Source: an uncultured Planctomycetota bacterium (lineage in GTDB: Bacteria; Planctomycetota; PLA2; JAEUHO01). Taken from it: a stretch of 64,000 nucleotides of DNA. The translations under genes and the position numbers were made by a program. The DNA lies in assembly GCA_963752285.1 (NCBI GenBank), contig CAVVXN010000004.1, forward strand, positions 32,001 through 96,000, written 5' to 3'. Positions within the stretch are counted from its first letter, which is position 1; each line of letters starts with the position of its first letter. Shown here piece after piece: positions 27,629 to 38,872 of the stretch. The notes under the pieces are model-generated. The model was not told the origin of the DNA. It saw only the letters and a list, made by a program, of their open reading frames with translations, and searched no databases.

Positions 27629-28642
27629 CTACAGCAGGTCCTCGGCCTCGTCCTTCGGGCCGCGCAGCATCAGCGAGCGCACGACCTCCTTCGGCGGCTT
27701 CCCTTCGTGGACCGCGTAGTAGACCTGCTCCGAGATCGGGAGCGCGAGTCCGTGCTCGTGCATCAGCTCGTGCACGGGCCGCGACGTCTTGATGCCCTCC
27801 GCGACCATGCTGGTGCTCGCCGCGATGTCCTCGGCGCGCTCGCCGCGCCCGAGGCGTTCGCCGAACGTGCGATTGCGGCTCGCGCGCGAGTAGCACGTCG
27901 TCAGGAGGTCCCCGAGCCCGGACATGCCGAAGAAGGTCCTTCGCCGTCCACCGAGGCGCTCGCCGAGGCGGGCCATCTCCACGACCCCGCGCTGCACCAG
28001 CGCCGCCTTCGCGTTCTCGCCGAGCTTCAGCCCGTCGCACATGCCGGCGGCGATCGCGATGACGTTCTTCAGCACGCCGCCGAGCTCCACGCCGAGGACG
28101 TCGGAGTTCGAGTAGACGCGGAAGCGCTCGCCCGCGAAGGTGTGCTGGACCCCACGGAGCACGGCGGCGTCCGGGCACGCGACGACCGTGGCCGCGGGAA
28201 GTCCGTGCGCGATCTCGCGGGCGATGTTGGGACCCGACAGGACCGCGATCGGCCGCCCGCCCGCGAGCTCCTCGAGGATCTGCGTCGGCCGCTTGAGCGT
28301 GCCGTCCTCGAGACCCTTCGTCACCGAGACGATGGGGACGCCCGGCGGGAGCACGCGCGCGTGCGCGGACCACACCTCACGGAGGTACGTCGTGGGGACC
28401 GCCGAGACGATGAGGTCCACGCCTTCGAGGACCTCCTCGAGCCGACTCGAGACCGCGATCGACCGCGGGATCTCGAAGCCCGGGAGGTACCGCGGGTTCG
28501 TTCGCGTCTCGGCCATGTGCGTGGCGTACTCGGGGTCGTACCCCCACAGCGCCACCCGCTCGACGCGGCTCGCGAGGTACGTCGCGAGCGCCGTGCCCCA
28601 GCCCCCGTCACCCACGACCACGACGCTTCGAGCCTGGTCCAT
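27629..28642 (-). CDS. gpsA: NAD(P)H-dependent glycerol-3-phosphate dehydrogenase
   Basis: GDGGWGTALA, TKGLE, LSGPN.A.E, LKNVIAIAAG, GLGDL..TC, SRNR, AEG. Confidence 0.95.
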   Translation of the reverse strand: MDQARSVVVVGDGGWGTALATYLASRVERVALWGYDPEYATHMAETRTNPRYLPGFEIPRSIAVSSRLEEVLEGVDLIVSAVPTTYLREVWSAHARVLPPGVPIVSVTKGLEDGTLKRPTQILEELAGGRPIAVLSGPNIAREIAHGLPAATVVACPDAAVLRGVQHTFAGERFRVYSNSDVLGVELGGVLKNVIAIAAGMCDGLKLGENAKAALVQRGVVEMARLGERLGGRRRTFFGMSGLGDLLTTCYSRASRNRTFGERLGRGERAEDIAASTSMVAEGIKTSRPVHELMHEHGLALPISEQVYYAVHEGKPPKEVVRSLMLRGPKDEAEDLL

Positions 28643-28755
28643 CCTGCCTCCGGGGGCCACCGGCCCGCCCACGCCGGGATTGTGCCCCGAAACCAGGCGG
28701 GCTCGCCGGGTCCGTAGACTGACCGCCTCGCCTTCGTGTCGATCGGGAGGTCCGG

Positions 28756-29583
<828 letters not shown>

Positions 29584-29641
29584 GCCGGTCCCCCGCGTGG
29601 CCCGGTCCGCGGGGACCCGCGCGGCCCCGCGTGCCGACGAC

Positions 29642-30335
29642 TCAGATCTGGTCGGTGGTTCCGACCTTGCGCTCGCTGCCGCTGAGGATGCGCAGGATGT
29701 TCTCGCGGTGGCGCCAGACCACCATCGCGGCGAGCAGCACGAAGAAGACGAAGCTCGCGAGCCGACTCCGGAAGGTCTCGCCCCCGTGGCTCGCGTAGTA
29801 CGTGATCGGGATCGCGAGCATCGCGCCGATCGATCCGAGCGACATGTACCGGGTGGCGGCGACCAGGATCCCCCAGATGCCGAGCGCTGCGAGCGACGAC
29901 CACGGCGCGAGCGCCGTGACGACGCCGAACGCGGTCGCGACGCCCTTGCCGCCGCGGAAGTGGAGGTACGGCGTGAACACGTGGCCGAGGATCGCGGACG
30001 CGCCGCAGATGAGGCCGAGGGTCTCCCCCGGCGGGTCGGAGCCCAGCCAGTGGCCGAGACGGTGCGCGAACGAGACGGCCGCGAACCCCTTCGCGAAGTC
30101 GAGCGCGAACACGATCACGAACACCATGATCGAGACGGTGCCCGGCCACAGCCGCGACGCGTTCGTCGCGCCGATGTTGCCGCTGCCGATGCGCCGCAGG
30201 TCCTGGCCCTTCGCGATGCGGACGGCGAGCCAGCCGAAGGGAACCCCGCCGATCAGGTAGGCGAGGAGCCCGGCCAGGATCTCGGCGAGGGGGCTTCCGA
30301 CGTCGATGGCGCGCTCCGCGGGGGCAAACCCCCAT
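29642..30335 (-). CDS. plsY: Glycerol-3-phosphate acyltransferase (start uncertain; ATG at 30335 is out of frame by one G in a homopolymer)
   Basis: AYLIGGVPFG, GSGNIGATN, DFAKG, GH.F...F.GGKGVAT, HRENI.R. Confidence 0.88.
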
Positions 30336-30420
30336 GCTACCGCCGCCGAGGCGCGTCCCCGCCCGGGAGGGGGGGCGCGACTGGCCTCGGCGGGACGGCC
30401 GGGTTCCAATGCGCCGGCAC

Positions 30421-32385
30421 ATGGTCGGCGCCTCGTCCCTACGCATCGGCATCGACACGGGGGGTACCTTTACCGACGGCGTCCTCGTCGAGGGGCGGCG
30501 GCGCGCGTCCGTGAAGGTGCCGTCCACGCCCGACGACCCCGCGCGGGCCGTTCTCGCGGCCGTGGAGGCCCTCCTGGGGCGTCGGCGGGGCCTTCCCCGC
30601 GATGTCCGGGTCCACCACGGCTCGACGGTCGCCACGAACACCGTCTTGACAAGTCGGGGCGCCCGGGTCGTGTTCGTCACGACCACCGGGTTCGAGGACG
30701 TGCTGCACCTCGCGCGGGGCACGCGCTCGGACCTCCACGCGCTCTGGCCGTCGAGGCCCGCCCCGCTCGTGCCGCGGGACCGCCTCGTGGGCGTCCCGGA
30801 GCGCACCGGCGCCGACGGGCGCGCGGTCCTCGCGCTGACCGACCCGGCGCTGAGCGAGGTCGCCCGCCGGGTGGTCGCCCTGGGGCCCGAGGCGGTCGCG
30901 GTTTCGCTCCTCCACGCGGTCCGCGCGCCGCGGCACGAGCGCCGCGTCGTCCGCCGGCTCGTCGCGGCCCTGGCGGGGAGCGGGGTGAGCGTGCACGCGG
31001 GCACGGACGTGTCGGCGGACCCCCGTGAGGCGGAGCGCGGCGCGACCGCGGTTCTCGACGCGTACGTGGCGCCGGCGATCCGGTCGTATGTCGCGCGCCT
31101 CTCGCGCGCGCTCCCCCGGGGCGCGCTCACGATCATGCGGTCGGACGGCGGCCGGATGGGAGCCCGGGAGGCGTGCCGGCATCCCGTCCGGACGCTCCTC
31201 TCGGGACCGGCGGGCGGCGTGGCCGCGGCCGCCCGCGTCGCCGCGCGGCTCGGACTCCAACGCGCCCTGTCGTTCGACGTGGGCGGGACGAGCACCGACG
31301 CGTGCTGGATCGAGGGCGAGGACCTGCCCGTCGGCGGCACGGTCCGGGTCGGCGACCACGAGGCGTCGGTCCCCGGGCTCCCGCTCGAGACGGTCGGAGC
31401 CGGCGGGGGGAGCGAGGTCTGGATCGACCCGGGCGGGGCCCTCCGGGTCGGACCCGGCAGCGCCGGCGCCGACCCGGGCCCCGCCTGCTACGGCCGGGGC
31501 GGGCCCTTCACGTTGACCGACGCATGGCTCGTGCTCGGCCGTCTTCCTCCGGCGCTCCTCGGCGGCGCGTTCCCCCTCGACGCCGCCGCCGCCCACCGGG
31601 CGGCCGACGCCCTGGCGCGCCGCGCCGGGGTCCCGGTCCGGACGCTGGCTCGCGGGGCGGTCGAGGTCGCGGCGACGACGACGGCGCGCCTCCTCTCCCG
31701 GGCGTCGGTCGCGCGGGGAAAGGACCCGCGCGGCGCCCACCTCGTCGCGTTCGGCGGCGCGGGGCCGACGCTCGCCGCCGAGACCGCGGAGCGTCTGGAT
31801 CTCCGGGGCGTGGTCGTCCCGCCCGAGCCGGGCGCGCTCGCCGCGTGGGGCGCGCTCGTGGCGCCGCTTTGCGCCGACCAGAGCGCGGTGGTCCTGGGCA
31901 AGGACGTGGGACGCTTCGCGGGTCTCGCGAGGCCGCTGGCGCGCGCGGTCCGCGCCGCCCTCGCGAAGCAGGGAGCGCGTCGTCCGACGGTCCGGGCCGA
32001 GATCGACGCGCGGTACGCCGGCCAGGCCTTCGAGGTGACCGTGCCCCTCGGCGCGCGCTGGCGGGCCGCGTTCGACGCCGCCCACGCCGCGCGCTACGGC
32101 TTCGAGGACCCCGCCCGACCCGTCGAGGTCGTGCGTCTCCGCGTCCGCGGAACCGGCCACGAGGACGGGCCGGTCCGGCCCGCCGCGCGTCGCGCGGTCC
32201 ACGCGGCGTCGCGTCCGATCGTGCCCCGCGCGGGCCACCCGGTCCCGCGTGCGGACCTCGCGCCCGGCGCGCGCGTCGTAGGCCCCGCCGTGATCGTGGA
32301 GACGACCGCGACGACCTGGGTCCCGCGTGGCTGGCGGGCGACCGTCGGCGCGGCGGGCGACCTCGTCTTGGAGCGAAGCCGATGA
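30421..32385 (+). CDS. Hydantoinase A / 5-oxoprolinase subunit
   Basis: GIDTGGTFTD, HGSTVATN, SGPAGG, DVGGTSTD, GAGGGS, SAGADPGPACYGRGG. Confidence 0.92.
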   Translation: MVGASSLRIGIDTGGTFTDGVLVEGRRRASVKVPSTPDDPARAVLAAVEALLGRRRGLPRDVRVHHGSTVATNTVLTSRGARVVFVTTTGFEDVLHLARGTRSDLHALWPSRPAPLVPRDRLVGVPERTGADGRAVLALTDPALSEVARRVVALGPEAVAVSLLHAVRAPRHERRVVRRLVAALAGSGVSVHAGTDVSADPREAERGATAVLDAYVAPAIRSYVARLSRALPRGALTIMRSDGGRMGAREACRHPVRTLLSGPAGGVAAAARVAARLGLQRALSFDVGGTSTDACWIEGEDLPVGGTVRVGDHEASVPGLPLETVGAGGGSEVWIDPGGALRVGPGSAGADPGPACYGRGGPFTLTDAWLVLGRLPPALLGGAFPLDAAAAHRAADALARRAGVPVRTLARGAVEVAATTTARLLSRASVARGKDPRGAHLVAFGGAGPTLAAETAERLDLRGVVVPPEPGALAAWGALVAPLCADQSAVVLGKDVGRFAGLARPLARAVRAALAKQGARRPTVRAEIDARYAGQAFEVTVPLGARWRAAFDAAHAARYGFEDPARPVEVVRLRVRGTGHEDGPVRPAARRAVHAASRPIVPRAGHPVPRADLAPGARVVGPAVIVETTATTWVPRGWRATVGAAGDLVLERSR

Positions 32386-33991
32386 GCGAGGCCACGGGAC
32401 GCGCGGTGCAGCTCGGGCTCCTTCGCGAGCTCCTCGAGAGCGTGGCGGAGGAGATGGCCGAGGTCGCCGTCCGCACCGCGGTGTCGTCGAACATCAAGGA
32501 GCGGCGGGACCTCAGCGCCGCGGTGTTCGACGGGCACGGCACGATGGTCGCCCACGCCGCGCACATCCCCGTACACCTCGGCGCGATGCCGCTCTCCGTC
32601 CGGGCCGTTCTCGACCGCGTGCCGCTCGCGCGGGGCGACGTGGCGCTCGTGAACGACCCCTACGCGGGGGGACGCACCTCCCCGACGTGACCGCGGTCGC
32701 GCCCGTCTTCGCCCGCGGCGGTCGGAAGCCCGCGTTCGCGGTGGCCGTGCGCGCCCACCACGCCGACATCGGAGGCGCCGCGCCCGGCTCGATGGCGCCG
32801 CAGTCGGACGTCTTCGCGGAGGGGCTGCGGATCCCGCCGGTCCGCTGGATCCGCGGCGGCGTCGAGGACCCCGACCTGACGCGCCTCCTCCTCGCGAACG
32901 TGCGCGACGAGGCGGAGCGCCGCGCGGACCTCGCGGCGCAGGTGGGCGCGCTCGCGTGCGGCGTCCGGCGTCTCGACGCCCTCGGCCGGCGCGAGGGCGG
33001 GCTCGGCGTCCTCGCGCGCCGCGCCCGTTCGCTCGTGCACTACGCGCGGAAGATGGCCGGCCACGCGCTCTCGGCGCTCCCCGACGGCGCGGCGCGCGTG
33101 CGCCTCCGGCTCGAGGTCGAGACCCTCGAAGGCGGGCCGGCCGGGCTCAAGCTCGCGCTCTCGAAGCGGGGCGACCGCCTCCACGTGGACTTCGCGGGCA
33201 CGTCGGGGCCCGTGCGAGACGGCCTGAACGCACCGGCCGCCGTCACGCGAAGCGCCGTGTACTACCTGCTCGGCTGCCTCGCCCCGCCCGACACGCCCGC
33301 GAACGACGGTCTCCTCGCGTGCGCGACGATCGCGATCCCCGGGGGCTCGTTCCTCGACGCGCGGCCGCCGCTGGCCGTCGCGGGTGGCAACGTCGAGACG
33401 AGCCAGCGCGTCGTGGACGCGCTCTGGCTCGCCGCGGGCCGGCTCTGGCCCGACCGCGTGCCTGCGCCGGGCGCGGGCACCATGTCGAACTGGACGTTCG
33501 GTCCGGTGCCCGGCGGCCCCGTGTTCCCGTCGTACTACGAGACGGTGCCGGCCGGCGCGGGCGGCGGTCCGGCGGGACCGGGCGCGGACGCGATCCAGCA
33601 GCACATGACCAACACGCGTTCGACGCCGGTCGAGGTGCTCGAGTCGCGCTGGCCGGTGCGTGTCGAGCGCCACGCGATCCGCGCCGTGAGCGGCGGGCTC
33701 GGCCGCGCGCGGGGGGGCGACGGCGTCTCGAAGAGTGTGCGTTTCCTCGCGCCGGCCGTGGTGTCGCTCCTGATGACGCGGCACGAGGAGCCGCCGCCCG
33801 GCGCGGCGGGCGGCCGCGCGGGACAGCCGGGACGGGCTACCCTCACGTCGGGGGGACGGACCCGGGTGCTCGAACCGCGCGGACGGGTCGTCGTCGAGGC
33901 CGGCGACGTGCTGACGGTCGAGACGCCCGGTGGCGGCGGATGGGGGCGGCTGGGGGCGCGCCGCGTTGGAGACGCCGCCGACGGCCGGTAA
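32382..33991 (+). CDS. Hydantoinase B / 5-oxoprolinase subunit (one frameshift near 32670, likely assembly error)
   Basis: SSNIKERRDLS, HIPVHLG, NDPYAGG|THLPD split at a G-run missing one base, HHADIGG, GNVETSQR, GGGGWG. Confidence 0.85.
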
Positions 33992-34011
33992 CCTTGGCGG
34001 TTTCCGAGGCG

Positions 34012-34836
34012 ATGGGAGGCTCCGTGGGCATCCGACCCGAGTTCCGTTGGTGGCTGCTCACCCTGGCCATCGTGGCGGTGCTGCTCGGGATCTCGGCCCT
34101 CGCCCTCCAGCACCCCGACGTGGTGTGGACCGGGGGGGCCCCGCACTGCCCGCAGTGCCGTGCCGAGGTGCCCTTCTACGCCACCCGCTGTCCGACCTGC
34201 CGCGAGCAGTTCGACTGGGCCGTCGCGCCGGAGGAGACGAGCCCGCTCTCGCCGTTCAGCCTCTCGCCCCTCGAGGCCACGGCCGTGCGGGTCCGCATCA
34301 AGGCCCTCGGCGAGCCGGAGGCCGCGCGGCGCGTGGCGAAGGCGCTCGACATCACGTCGCCGGCGGCGGAGCGCTACCTGCAGGCGCTCGGTACGGGGCG
34401 GTGCGGGTGGTGCGGGGGGACCGGCACCGACCCGGCGACCGCGACCGGCGAGTCGGCGCGCCCCTGCCCCGTGTGCCTCGGCCGCGGCTACTGCATCGCC
34501 TGCAACGGCGACCGGCGGGTCCGGATGGGCGATCCCGGAGCGGGTGCGGCCTTCCGCGCCTACGCGACGGCGCTGCAGGACGTCGCGCCCTGGCTGCCCC
34601 TCGAGGACCAGCGCGCCGAGGCCCGGCGCCTCGGCGAGCTCTTCGTGCGCCGGTGGTCGGGGACCGTCGAGGCGACGTACGTGGTGTTCTGGCCGACGTG
34701 GGAGGTGGGGAAGACCCCCTGGCTCGATCACCCCGACAGCCTGTCCGAGAAGTTGGCCCCCGTGGAGCCCACGACCGCGGTGGGGATGGCCCGGCGTAGG
34801 CTGGACGAGGTGGTGGCGGCGCTGGAGGCCGAGTGA
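34012..34836 (+). CDS. Membrane-anchored protein with zinc-ribbon and DnaJ-like CxxCxGxG motifs
   Basis: N-terminal TM; CPQC/CPTC; CGWCGGTG, CPVCLGRG, CIACNG. Confidence 0.65.
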   Translation: MGGSVGIRPEFRWWLLTLAIVAVLLGISALALQHPDVVWTGGAPHCPQCRAEVPFYATRCPTCREQFDWAVAPEETSPLSPFSLSPLEATAVRVRIKALGEPEAARRVAKALDITSPAAERYLQALGTGRCGWCGGTGTDPATATGESARPCPVCLGRGYCIACNGDRRVRMGDPGAGAAFRAYATALQDVAPWLPLEDQRAEARRLGELFVRRWSGTVEATYVVFWPTWEVGKTPWLDHPDSLSEKLAPVEPTTAVGMARRRLDEVVAALEAE

Positions 34837-36371
34837 GCTCCGACTCCCCCTTCGTCCGACGATCCGCGACCCGGCTCGCGGCCCGGGCTCCGCGTGCGCC
34901 GCGTCGTCGATCGCTTCACGCCGTGCGGGTCGCGGGACTCGTCGCCGGGATCGTCGCGGGGCTCCTCGCCACCCGGCCCGCGCGGGCCGACGAGGGGGAG
35001 GCGGCCACGCCCGAGAACCCCCTCGCGGCGGCGTACGAGGCGGCGCGCTCCGGCGACCTGGACCGCGCGCTCGACCTCACCGAGCCCGTCGCGGCCACGG
35101 ACGACGCGTCCGCGTACGCGCTGACGGTCCGAGGCTGGGTGCTGTCGAAGGCGGGGCGGAAGGAGGAGGCGGAGGCGGCCTACCGACGCGCGCTCGCGCT
35201 CCAGCCCGACGATCCCGTCGTGATGAACAACCTCGGCGCCGTCCTCCTCGACCTCGGGCGCGCCGACGAGGCGGAGTCCCAGTTCCGTCGCGCCCTCGCC
35301 ATCCGTCCCGGGTACGCGGACGCCGAGAACAACCTCGGGGCCGCGCTCGAGCGTCGCGGTCGGACCGAGGAGGCGGAGCGCGCGTATCGACGCGCCACGG
35401 CCGCCGACCCCGGCAGCGCGACCGCGCTCAACAACCTCGGCGCACTCGCCCTGAAGCAGGGCAAGGACGACGAGGCGCGCCGCGCGCTCGCCAAGGCTCA
35501 CGACCTCGACCCGAAGCTCGGCGCCCCCGTGCTGAACCTCCTGCTCCTCGGGGGTCAGGACCTGAAGGCGGGCGAGGCGTTCGAACGCCTGCAGGCCGCC
35601 GCCAACGAACCGGGCGCGCCCGCGTCGGTCCGCGCGCGGGCGTTCGCGGCGCTGGCGGGACGCGCGGCCTCGGGTCGTCGCTTCGAGGAGGCGCTGGACC
35701 TGTACGGGAGGGCCCTCGCGCTCGCGCCCGACGACGCCGCGCTCCTGAACAACATGGCGGTCGTAGAGGACCAGCTCGGCATGGAGCGCGAAGCGATGCT
35801 CCATCTCGACTCCGCGATGCGTGCGAACCCCCAAAGCCTCGTCTCCCGGAACAACATCGGCATCGTCCAGGTGCATCGCGGCAACCTGGACCTCGCCGAG
35901 GACACGTTTCGCCAGATTCTCGCCGGCGATCCCGACTTCCACCGCGCTCACTACAACCTCGGCGTCGTCCTCGCCGCGGCGGGTCGCCAGCGCGAGGCGC
36001 TTCAGTCGTTCGAGCGCGCGGCGAAGCTCGCGCCGAAGGACGCCGAGGTCCGCTACGACCTGGGACTGCTCCGGCGCAGCCTCGGCGGCTCGCAGGCGTC
36101 CGAGAAGGCGGCCTACGAGGAAGCCCTGGCCCTCGACCCGGACCTCGCCGAGGCGCACCTCTCCCTCGGCTGCCTCCTCGCCGACCCGCAGACCGAGACC
36201 TCCCTCCGCGACGAAGCCGAGGCGCGAAGGCACCTGGTCCGCTTCCTGGAGCTCTCCCTCCCGAGCGACGGCGCCGGCCGCCAGGAGGCCGAGTCCTGGC
36301 TCCACTGGCTCGAGGGGCGCGCCGACGCGTCCGACGGAGGGCCCCGGGGGCTAGAATCTCCCCGGAGGTGA
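34833..36371 (+). CDS. Tetratricopeptide repeat protein
   Basis: Multiple NNLG...A...YRRAL...P TPR units. Confidence 0.9.
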   Translation: MSSDSPFVRRSATRLAARAPRAPRRRSLHAVRVAGLVAGIVAGLLATRPARADEGEAATPENPLAAAYEAARSGDLDRALDLTEPVAATDDASAYALTVRGWVLSKAGRKEEAEAAYRRALALQPDDPVVMNNLGAVLLDLGRADEAESQFRRALAIRPGYADAENNLGAALERRGRTEEAERAYRRATAADPGSATALNNLGALALKQGKDDEARRALAKAHDLDPKLGAPVLNLLLLGGQDLKAGEAFERLQAAANEPGAPASVRARAFAALAGRAASGRRFEEALDLYGRALALAPDDAALLNNMAVVEDQLGMEREAMLHLDSAMRANPQSLVSRNNIGIVQVHRGNLDLAEDTFRQILAGDPDFHRAHYNLGVVLAAAGRQREALQSFERAAKLAPKDAEVRYDLGLLRRSLGGSQASEKAAYEEALALDPDLAEAHLSLGCLLADPQTETSLRDEAEARRHLVRFLELSLPSDGAGRQEAESWLHWLEGRADASDGGPRGLESPRR

Positions 36372-36375
36372 CGTC

Positions 36376-37403
36376 ATGCGTCGTGCCTCGTGGGGAACGG
36401 GCCTGCTCGCGTCGAGCCTGGCCCTGGCGCTCTGGGGAGGCGCGGCGCACGCGAACACCACGCCGCCAGGCACCCCGCTCGCCGCGCAGGTGATCGTGCG
36501 GAGCAAGAAGGACCTCGCGGACGCCATGCTCGTGGCGCTGCAGGGCTCGAACACGGGAGGGCTCGAGGGTCGGCCGGTGCTCGTCGTGGTGGACGTCACG
36601 CCGAACACCGAGCGCGCGGCCCCGAAGATCCGCGAGGCGTTCTCTACGCTCGCGGGCTCGGCCGCCGACGCGGCCTCCTGGTCGGTCGCGGCGCTCGGCG
36701 GGAAGCCGTCGGACGCGGTGCCCACCGCCGCCGAGCTCTCGCCGCTGCTCGCGGTCGTGCTGGCGAAGGAGACGGACGTCCCCTCGACGTTCACGGCGCT
36801 CTCGAAGACGATTCGGGGGTGGCGTACGGAAGGCGGCGTCGTCCTCTACCTGGCCGACTGGCGGTTCGAGGACGACATCGACCTCGAGAGCGTCATCGAC
36901 AGGCTCCGGGACAAGCGGACGACGCTCTCCGTGGTCGGGACGGAGGCCGCGTTCGGCCGCGCCTGGAACGACGGGTTCCGCGAGGGAACCGACCGGTTCA
37001 CGGACGACGTCCGAGGGATCTCGACGACGCCGTACTGGGACGGCATCGGTCGCGATCCCTTCGGCGGGAAGGACGAGAAGGCCCCGTGGCACGGCGGGGA
37101 CGCCGCGTACCCGCTCGCGGCCTACCGCTGGGACATGTTCCTGTGGCAGACGCAGTTCTCGCAAGCCGACTGGGAACTCGCCCGTCTCGACGACGAGACC
37201 TCGCCCGGTTCCGGGGCACGCCCTTCGGCGAGGAGATCGCGATGAACGAGATCAAGACGGCGCGGCCCACGCACTGGGAGCGCGTGGACCAGGTCCCGGG
37301 CACCGGACGGTCGCCGAGCGAGTCCACCGACACGCCGCATCCGACGCCGAAGCCCCCGGCGGGCGGCTCGGCCGGCGGCGGACCGACGACGGGCGGCGGA
37401 TAG
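36376..37403 (+). CDS. Secreted hypothetical protein (vWA-like?); stop at 37245 or frameshift near 37198 extending to 37403
   Basis: Signal peptide; VLVVVDVT...VVLYLAD pattern; good codon usage continues in the alternative frame (DLARFRGTPFGEEIAMNEIK...). Confidence 0.5.
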
Positions 37404-37504
37404 GAGCCGGCCCGCCGGGCCGCCCGCACCGAGGGCGACCGGCAGTCCGCGCCTCGACGCTCCGCCCGAACGAGCGGCCGAGCAAGCGGCCGACGACTGC
37501 CGCG

Positions 37505-38664
37505 TCACGGCGGCGCGCGCGGCCGCCCGGCCTGCCCGTCCCGCGCCCGTCGTGCGGCGGGCTCACCGCGCGCTCCTCCTGCGGCGCGCTCGCCGCGCGC
37601 CCGCCCTGCGGCGGGCTCACCACGCGCCCGTCCTGCGGCGCGCTCGCGCCGCCGCCGCCGCGGCGTCTTCCCGACCGCCCGGAGCAGCCACGCCGGCCGC
37701 TCGGGCGGCTCGCGATCCTCGGGGAGGGGCTTGGGCGCGAGGAACGCGCCCGTCGCCGCGATCACGAACAGCGGTCGCCCGTCCGTGGACCAGCACCGAA
37801 GCGCGATCATCCCCAGCGTCGTAGTTCTTGTGGTGGACCACGCAGCCGTCGAAGAGGTCCTTCGCCTCCCGACCGCTCCCGTCCGCGTGCGGCCTCACGT
37901 GGCACAGCTCCGCCGCTACGCGCGTGCAGAGCCCGACCTCGCACAGGCCTCCCGAACGCCGACGGATCGCCCGGACCACCTCCGCCGGGACCTCCCGGTC
38001 CCCGGGGCGCTCTTCGGTCGGCGGAAGACGCCGCGGCCTGGGCTCCTTCCGCGTCGGGTCCCACCGTGCCCGGTACGCGTACGCGAGCACCGCCAGGAGC
38101 TGGCCGTTGTCGATCGCGCACTCGGCCTTCTTCTTCGCGATCCTGCGGCACGCCCGCAGGTCGTCCGCGGCGTCGGGTCCCACGTGCGCGACGAAGGTCG
38201 TGACGTCGGACTCCGGCGCGACGTGACGTCGCGCGGCCAGGCGGCGTCCCACGCGACGGCGGAGCGCGCCGACGCGCAAGGACCTGGCGAGGTCGAGCCA
38301 GTCGTCGCCCGCCTCGAGGTAGCGCTCCGGGTCTACGAAGACGTCGCCGAGCAGGATGGCCGCCGCGAAGGAGATCCCGCCCGCGCGGACCTCCTCCTCC
38401 AGGCCGGGCAGGCGCTCCAAGGCGTAGCCGAGCATCAGGAGCTGACGCCCCCGCGCGCCGTCGAACCCGTAGCGCTCGGAGAGCTCCCAGGTCGAGGCGG
38501 CGCTCTCCCACACGCAGGAGCCCTGCTCGTGGAGGCGGACCATCAGCTTCGCGTAGGCGATCTCGGCGTCGCCGAGCGCGCGGCTCCGGGCCCGCAGGAG
38601 CGCGATCCCCTCGGGGTCCTCTCTCCGCGGAGGGTCGCCGGTCGATGCGCCGTACTCGGAGCAT
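37505..38664 (-). CDS. HNH-endonuclease-like (DUF222-type architecture) protein with probable frameshifts near 38660 and 37812
   Basis: LERLPGLEEEVRAGGIS helical region, then REVPAEVVRAIRRRSGGLCEVGLC...ELCHVRPHADG...DLFDGCVVHH. Confidence 0.6.
37553..37646. repeat. 27-bp tandem repeat (~3.5 copies)
   Basis: TGCGGCG(G/C)GCTC(A/G)CC(G/A)CGCGC... units starting at 37553, 37580, 37607, 37634. Confidence 0.75.
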
Positions 38665-38872
38665 GCCGCCCTCGGAGACTCCGCGCTCGGAGGGGCAGCC
38701 CTCGGAGGGGCGGCGACTCGGGGTCGCTTCGTTCGTGGAGTTCGCGTTCCGACAGCGCGAACGAAACGATAACGAATCGGGGGGGACAGTCCCGGAGAGC
38801 CCGGGAATGGGGGTCCGGAGCCGGGCGGCGTGGGAACCGGCGGCGGCCGCGAGGGGTCGCGGCGCCCCCGCG

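Noticed and set aside
32660..32680. Programmed frameshift or pseudogene in hydantoinase B (also plsY start, 37198, 37812)
   Set aside because: Single-base indels, mostly in G-runs, in otherwise intact genes; best explained as long-read errors.
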